DNA from: an uncultured Spirochaetota bacterium
GTDB taxonomy: Bacteria > Spirochaetota > Spirochaetia > SZUA-6 > Fen-1364
Assembly: GCA_963734545.1 (NCBI GenBank)
Contig: CAVTHO010000004.1
Coordinates: forward strand, 640,001-704,000
Direction: 5' to 3'
Length of the DNA: 64,000 bases
Below are positions 58,481 to 64,000 of the stretch, in pieces (the stretch's first letter is position 1; each line of letters starts with the position of its first letter). The notes under the pieces were generated by a model that searched no databases, had not been told where the DNA came from, and saw only the letters and a program-made list of their open reading frames with translations. Both the position numbers and the translations under genes were made by a program.

Positions 58481-60728
58481 CTTCACCCTGCCCTTCGCGA
58501 CTTTCACAGTCACGACCGGCTTGCCCGCGCATTCCAGGGCGGAGTCGCCGACCGTGACTCGGAACGAATCCACCGTAATCGGCGTGCTGAAGAATGTGTC
58601 GATATCGATCTCTCCGGGCGCCTCCGGGGTGGCGCCATCGGCCGCGGCAGCGGCGGCGGGGGCACTGGAAGTGGTCGCCGCGGCCGGTGCACCGGCGGGC
58701 GCGCCGCCGGCAAGCACGACACGGTCACCGGGGCTGGCATGATCCACGAAAAGGACTTCCACGACCCTGGCTTCCTGGGCGGCAAGAAGCATGCCGCGGC
58801 TTTCCACGCCGCGCAGCACCGCGGGCTTGAGATTGGCCACCAGCACGACATTGCGGCCCCGCAGCTCCTCTTCCTTGTAGTGAGGAACGAGCCCCGAGAC
58901 GATTGTCCGCGTCTCCGTTCCCAGGTCCACTGTTTCCACGTACAGCTTCTCCGCATCGGGATGCCGCTTGATCTCGACTATCTTCGCCACGCGCAGGTCC
59001 ACCTGCGCGCGGAACCTGGCTGCTGTCTCGGCCGGCGTGAGAGCGGGAGGCGCGGCCAGGGCGTCTGCCGCGTCTTTGCGCTCCTTCTGCGTACCGGAGA
59101 ACCGGATTCGCAGCGCGTCGATCTCCTTGTCCTCCAGCCGGGCAAAGAGAAGATCCGGCTTCTCCACGCGGCCGATTCCCTTGAACGTGCCCAGATCCGC
59201 CCACGAGATCTTTCCGGTGCCCAGGATCTGCGCGACACGCTCCGCCGTGCCGGGGATATACGGGCTGGCGAGGATGGCAAGGTCACGCACGAGGTAGGTG
59301 AGATTGCAGATGAGGCTGGCGGTGGCAGCGGGGTTTTCCTTGATCCCCTTCCACGGCTCCCCGTCCTGAAACTTCTTGTTCCCGATGGAGGAAAGGGCGA
59401 ATATCTTTCGGAATGCCTCCCGCAGCTCCACCTTTTCCAGCAGGTCCTTTATCTCCGCCTCCGCCTTTCGGACCTCCTGCCAGAACGCCTTCGTCGGCTG
59501 TTCCCTCGGGCAGCTTCCCGTCGTAGAACCGGGTGATGAACTGCAGGGTGCGATTGACCAGGTTGCCGAAATTGCCGATCAGCTCGGCGTTGACTTTCTC
59601 CTGGAAATCCTTCCACGTGAAGAGGGCATCCGACCTCTCGGGCCGGGTATAGTAGATGTAGAAACGCCAGACATCGGCGGGGATGCCCGTTTCCTTGGCG
59701 TCCGTGCCGAATACCCCCACGCCCTTGCTCTTGGAGAACTTCCCGCCTTCGTAGTTGAGGTATTCCGTCGAGGACATGTGGTACAGCGTGGTCCAGTCCT
59801 CTCCTGTGCCGAGCTGGCTGGAAGGGAATATCACCGTATGGAACGGGATGTTGTCCTTGCCGATGAACTGAAAAAGCTTGACGTCCCGCGGCGCATACCA
59901 CCAGCTCTTCCAGTCCGGTGTATGTTCGGCGGTGATGGAGACGTAGCCGATGGGAGCGTCGAACCACACGTAGAAGACCTTGTTCCGGAAACCGTCCAGG
60001 GGAACCGGAATGCCCCACTTCAGATCACGCGTGATGGCGCGCTCCCGCAGGCCGTCGCGCATCCACGCGTACGTCATCTGCACGGCGTTGCGCGCCCAGA
60101 AACCCTTCTCCGCGGCGGACTCTATCCAGTTGCGCAGCTTGGGCAGGATAGCCATCAGGTCGATGAAGAGGTGCTTCGTCTCCCTGATAACGGGCTTTGT
60201 GCCGCACACGCTGCAGCGGGGATCGATCAGCTCGACAGGGTCCAGGAGCTTGCCGCAGTTTTCACACTGATCCCCGCGCGCATCCACGTAGCCGCAGTGC
60301 GGGCAGGTGCCCAGCACGTACCTGTCCGCGAGGAACCTCTGGTCTTTCTCGCAGAAGGGCTGGCTCTGCACCCGCTCGTTGATGTAGCCGTTCTCGTGGA
60401 GCTTCAGGAAGATATGCTGGGTGATCTCGGTGTGCACCGGTACCGAGGTGCGGCCGAACTTGTCAAAGGAGATGTTGAACCAGGAATAGATGTCCCGGTG
60501 GATGGCGTGGTAGCGGTCGCAGAGCTCGCGGGGAGTGATCCCCTCCTCCAGCGCTTTCGTTTCCGTGGCGGTCCCGTACTCGTCGGTGCCGCAGATATAG
60601 AGCGTCTCGTAGCCGGCCAGGCGGCAGTAACGGGCAAACACGTCCGCGGAGAGCACCTGGATGAGGTTCCCCAGGTGGGGGATGTTGTTCACGTAGGGGA
60701 GCGCGGAGGTGATGAGACGTCTTTCCAT
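58478..60728 (-). CDS. metG: Methionyl-tRNA synthetase with a C-terminal tRNA-binding domain (frameshift near 59488)
   Basis: [13 protein letters not shown], zinc knuckles, YVWFDA, GKDN, KFSKS; C-terminal HPDAEKLY...ANLKP...ESRGMLLA. Confidence 0.96.
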
Positions 60729-60738
60729 ATGTGACGGA

Positions 60739-60767
60739 AATGTATCTGACGCGCCTCCGGGCGTCAA
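60739..60767 (-). promoter_or_regulatory. Sigma70 promoter of metG (short leader)
   Basis: Minus strand TTGACG-N17-TACATT, with the ATG 10 nt downstream. Confidence 0.55.
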
Positions 60768-60829
60768 GGAGACGCGGGAGAGACAGAGCGCGCACCGTCT
60801 CCCCCGCGTCCGGTGACGCGGCCCCTTCA

Positions 60830-60857
60830 TTGACTCCGGTGACCCGGCCCGTACTAT
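60830..60857 (+). promoter_or_regulatory. Sigma70 promoter of hflKC
   Basis: TTGACT-N16-TACTAT, then AGGAGG SD and the ATG at 60874. Confidence 0.55.
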
Positions 60858-60873
60858 GGCCTCAGGAGGCGCT

Positions 60874-61904
60874 ATGACAGACGTCACCCCGCGGAAGGTT
60901 ATCCGCAACATCACGCCGACAATCCTGCTGATCGTCGTCGGTGGCGATACTCGCGCTCATTTTCCTGTTTTCAAGTTTTTTCATCGTTGACCAGAAGGAA
61001 GAGTCGGTGGTTCTCAACTTCGGCAAGTTCTCCCGGATGGTGGGGCCCGGGCTCCATTTCAAGATCCCCTTTGGAGTGGAAAAGAGCTACAACGTGCCGA
61101 CGCAGACGAATCCTGAAGGAAGAGTTCGGTTTCCGTACGGAGAGGTCCGGCATTGTCTCGTCATATTCGGGAGGGGACTTTTCGTCGGAATCGATCATGC
61201 TCACCGGAGACCTGAACATCATCGACGTGGAGTGGATCATCCAGTACCAGATCACGGACGCGCGGGCCTGGCTTTTCGACGTGGACAACCAGGAGAAGAC
61301 CATCCGCGACATCTCCCAGTCGGTCATCAACCTGCTGGTCGGAGACCGGACCATATTCGACGTCATCGGCGCGGAGCGCGCGAACATCGAGCTGAAGGGC
61401 CAGGAGATGATGAACGAGCTCTACAAGTCCTACGGCCTGGGCATCAGGGTCACAACCGTCAAGCTGCAGAACATCGTTCCCCCCAAGGGCGCGGTGCAGG
61501 ACGCCTTCGAAGACGTGAACAAGGCCATCCAGGACAGGAGCAGGATGATCAACGAGGGCAAGGAAGCCTACAACCAGTCCATCCCCAAGGCAAGCGGCCA
61601 GGCCGACCAGACCATCCAGGTGGCGCAGGGCTACGCCACCGAGCGCGTGAACCAGGCCCGCGGAGACGTGTCGCGGTTCCTTGCCGTGCTGGGAGAGTAC
61701 CGGCAGGCGCCCGACATGGTCCGCACCCGGCTGTACTACGAGATGTACGACCAGGTGTTCGCAAATGCGGAAGGCACGGACCTGATCGACAAGAATCTGA
61801 AGAACTTCCTGCCGCTGAAGAGCGTAGGAGCCGGGGCCGCGCCGGCTGCACCCAACCCGTCGGCCACGCAGGCCGCGCCGGCCACGCAGGGAGGCTCACA
61901 ATGA
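60874..61904 (+). CDS. hflK: FtsH protease modulator HflK (frameshifts near 60940 and 61109)
   Basis: TM helix plus SPFH domain: [41 protein letters not shown]. Confidence 0.9.
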
Positions 61905-62890
61905 GAAAGACGGTCATCATCCTGGTCATTATCGGCGTCGCGCTGATCATCATCTCACTCCTGGGACCCTACTACATCCTCCAGGAAGGAGAGCAGGCGG
62001 TTGTCGTTCAGTTCGGAAAGATCGTGCGCGCGGAAACGCACGCAGGTCTGAAATACAAGGTCCCCTTCGTGGAGAACGTGGTCAAGTACACCAAGAAAGT
62101 CCAGTCCTGGGACGGGGACGCGCAGCGCATCCCCACGTCGGAGAACCAGTTCATCTGGGTGGACACCACGGCACGCTGGCGCATCTCGGACCCCAAGAAG
62201 TTCTACGAATCAGTGGGCTCCATCACCCAGGCGCATGGCAGGATGGACGACGTGATCGACTCCGAGGTTCGAAAGATCATCTCAAAGAACCCCCTGCGCG
62301 AGGCGGTGCGGGATTCGAACGTCATCAGCGAGATCAAACGTTCCAATGTCCTGGCGAGCGTGGCAGGGTCCGCGGAAAGCACGCAGGCTTTGAGCAATAT
62401 CTCCACGCTGGCGGAAATCAAGTACGAAAACATCGTCACGGGGCGCCGTGCTCTTTCCATCGAGATGAGAGAAAACGCCCGGACCATCATGCCGCAGTAC
62501 GGCATGGAGCTCATCGACGTGATCATCCGCCAGATCAAGTACTCGGATGACCTTACCCCGAGCGTGTACGACCGGATGATCAAGGAGCGCAACCAGATTG
62601 CGCAGGCTTTCCGGTCGGACGGAGAGGGAGAGAAGGCCAAGTGGTTCGGCCAGACAACACGAGAGCTGAAGCAGATCCAGTCGGACGCGGAGCGCAAGGC
62701 CAAGGAGATAAAGGCAAAGGCGGACGCTGAGGCGCTTGCCATCCGCAACAGGGCGTACAGCCAGGACCCTGATTTTGCCGACTACTGGATGGCGCTGGAG
62801 GAGTACAAGACGATCCTCCCGAAGTTCAACAAGACTTTTACAACGGATGGGGATTTCTACAAGTATCTGTACAACAAGAGGGGCAGATAG
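61901..62890 (+). CDS. hflC: FtsH protease modulator HflC
   Basis: QAVVVQFGK, WRISDP, VYDRMIKER..IA..FRSDG, AYSQDPDF. Confidence 0.92.
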   Translation: MRKTVIILVIIGVALIIISLLGPYYILQEGEQAVVVQFGKIVRAETHAGLKYKVPFVENVVKYTKKVQSWDGDAQRIPTSENQFIWVDTTARWRISDPKKFYESVGSITQAHGRMDDVIDSEVRKIISKNPLREAVRDSNVISEIKRSNVLASVAGSAESTQALSNISTLAEIKYENIVTGRRALSIEMRENARTIMPQYGMELIDVIIRQIKYSDDLTPSVYDRMIKERNQIAQAFRSDGEGEKAKWFGQTTRELKQIQSDAERKAKEIKAKADAEALAIRNRAYSQDPDFADYWMALEEYKTILPKFNKTFTTDGDFYKYLYNKRGR

Positions 62891-62921
62891 CACCCCGCGC
62901 GCGGACAGCGTGCGGCTCGGA

Positions 62922-64000
62922 TCAGGCGCCCGGGGATTCCTCGGGCGCCTGTTTTTTGCCCTCCACTGCCGCGCGCCTTGTTGTCGCTGTCAGGGCGATC
63001 CTGTCGAGCCCCGCGCGGAACCCCTCGAACGCCGGGTCTCCGGCGGCAAACGCGCGCAGGCTCTCGAGCACTTCCGAGAATAGAGCGGCGTATTTCCGAT
63101 GGGCAAGCTTGTTGACCAGCCGCAGGGTCTCCTTCATCAGCTTGTCCCTCTCTCGCGCGTCCCTTTCTTTCCTGGCTATCCCCACGATCACGTCGATCTC
63201 TTCTCTCACGTCGCGCACCAGGCAGCCGCGCAGGTCAGCGGCAAACTGTTCGGCACCCTTCGGTGATCCGAACCGCGGGGGCTCGGCATCCGCGGTGAAC
63301 CTCCATTGGTGGCGCATCGTGAGCCGAACGGCCGTCCCGGGACAGGGCTCGACGACGATCGCATCCTGCTCGGTGCGGAAGGCCCTGCGCACACGCGCCG
63401 GGTCGAAGGCCTGGCCCATGAGCCTGGCGATCCGCACGTCGAGCAGCAGCTCGCTGACCAGCCTCGTCCCCTGCGGCCGCCGTGCGCGGGCAATCCCGGT
63501 TCGGTCCACAACGAGGGCCAGCTCCTGGTTGCGGGTCGTACGGCCAAGGCTCTGCTTTCCGCCGGGATACTTCACGTAGCCGGTCGCGCTTATGGACAGG
63601 CTGCCCGTCCCGGCAAGAAGCTCACACAACTCCTCCAAGCCGATCAACCCCTCGTCGCTGTAGCTCACTACCAGCCAGCGGCAGTCCGCTGCCTGCACGA
63701 CTTCCTTCATGGCGTCAAATGCCGTGGAGGGATAGCAGAACGCTGAGCGCGTCCTGGTCCAGTCCGCGCGGATACCGGCCTTGCTCCGAAGCCGTCCGTC
63801 GGGACCGCGCGCCTCGCTCACCGGCGGCTTGTCCCAGAGTGCAATGGAGTTGAGCATGAAGTAGTTGCTGCCGTACTGGTGGACCGCATAGGGAGGATCC
63901 AGGTAGCAGATGTCGGCGCGGCAACCGGAAAGGAACTCCCGCGCGTCCATGCAGGCCACCGTGGAACGCGCCGGCGCGTCGATCAGCACAGGCGGCCGGA
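62922..64000 (-). CDS. DNA adenine methyltransferase (D12-class-like), 5'-truncated by the window
   Basis: YLDPPY..HQYGSNY motif IV and VSYSDEG; long C-terminal extension. Confidence 0.8.
   Translation of the reverse strand, partial: RPPVLIDAPARSTVACMDAREFLSGCRADICYLDPPYAVHQYGSNYFMLNSIALWDKPPVSEARGPDGRLRSKAGIRADWTRTRSAFCYPSTAFDAMKEVVQAADCRWLVVSYSDEGLIGLEELCELLAGTGSLSISATGYVKYPGGKQSLGRTTRNQELALVVDRTGIARARRPQGTRLVSELLLDVRIARLMGQAFDPARVRRAFRTEQDAIVVEPCPGTAVRLTMRHQWRFTADAEPPRFGSPKGAEQFAADLRGCLVRDVREEIDVIVGIARKERDARERDKLMKETLRLVNKLAHRKYAALFSEVLESLRAFAAGDPAFEGFRAGLDRIALTATTRRAAVEGKKQAPEESPGA
62923..62957 (+). terminator. Rho-independent terminator of hflKC
   Basis: caggcgcccggg-gattc-ctcgggcgcctg followed by TTTTTT. 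Confidence 0.8.

Noticed and set aside
60941-62890. 649-aa HflK-HflC fusion ORF
   Set aside because: An artefact of the hflK frameshifts; the middle of this ORF is off-frame sequence.

Overview
GC-rich bacterial chromosomal window, probably from a Spirochaetota genome. This is an inference from the FemX-type peptidoglycan enzyme, the 'FAAGGREE'-type solute-binding protein N-terminus and the metG architecture. It holds about 57 genes, mostly housekeeping and metabolic: folC, a macrodomain gene, rqcH/NFACT, polyamine genes, amrAB, valS, a divergent xylose isomerase, a large duplicated polyol ABC/two-component/sedoheptulokinase locus, leuB, lysA, a metY-cysK-rrf2-mnmA sulfur operon, opp ABC genes, copZ with a two-component system, femX, metG, hflKC and a DNA methylase. 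I saw no rRNA, tRNA, CRISPR array, transposase or prophage genes. At least nine single-base frameshifts, several in essential genes, look like long-read sequencing errors. Most notable: (1) two paralogous polyol-transporter operons with an identically spaced multi-box promoter flanking a NarL-type two-component system, one ending in an SDR plus a sedoheptulokinase-family kinase (candidate heptitol/sedoheptulose catabolism); (2) a run of apparently degenerate signalling proteins (Memo/AmrB missing metal ligands, a membrane Ser/Thr pseudokinase, a MshEN-GAF histidine kinase with no phospho-His); (3) dispersed hairpin/repeat families, one showing stem covariation; (4) several apparently leaderless promoters. 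All functional calls come from motif recognition, not database searches.
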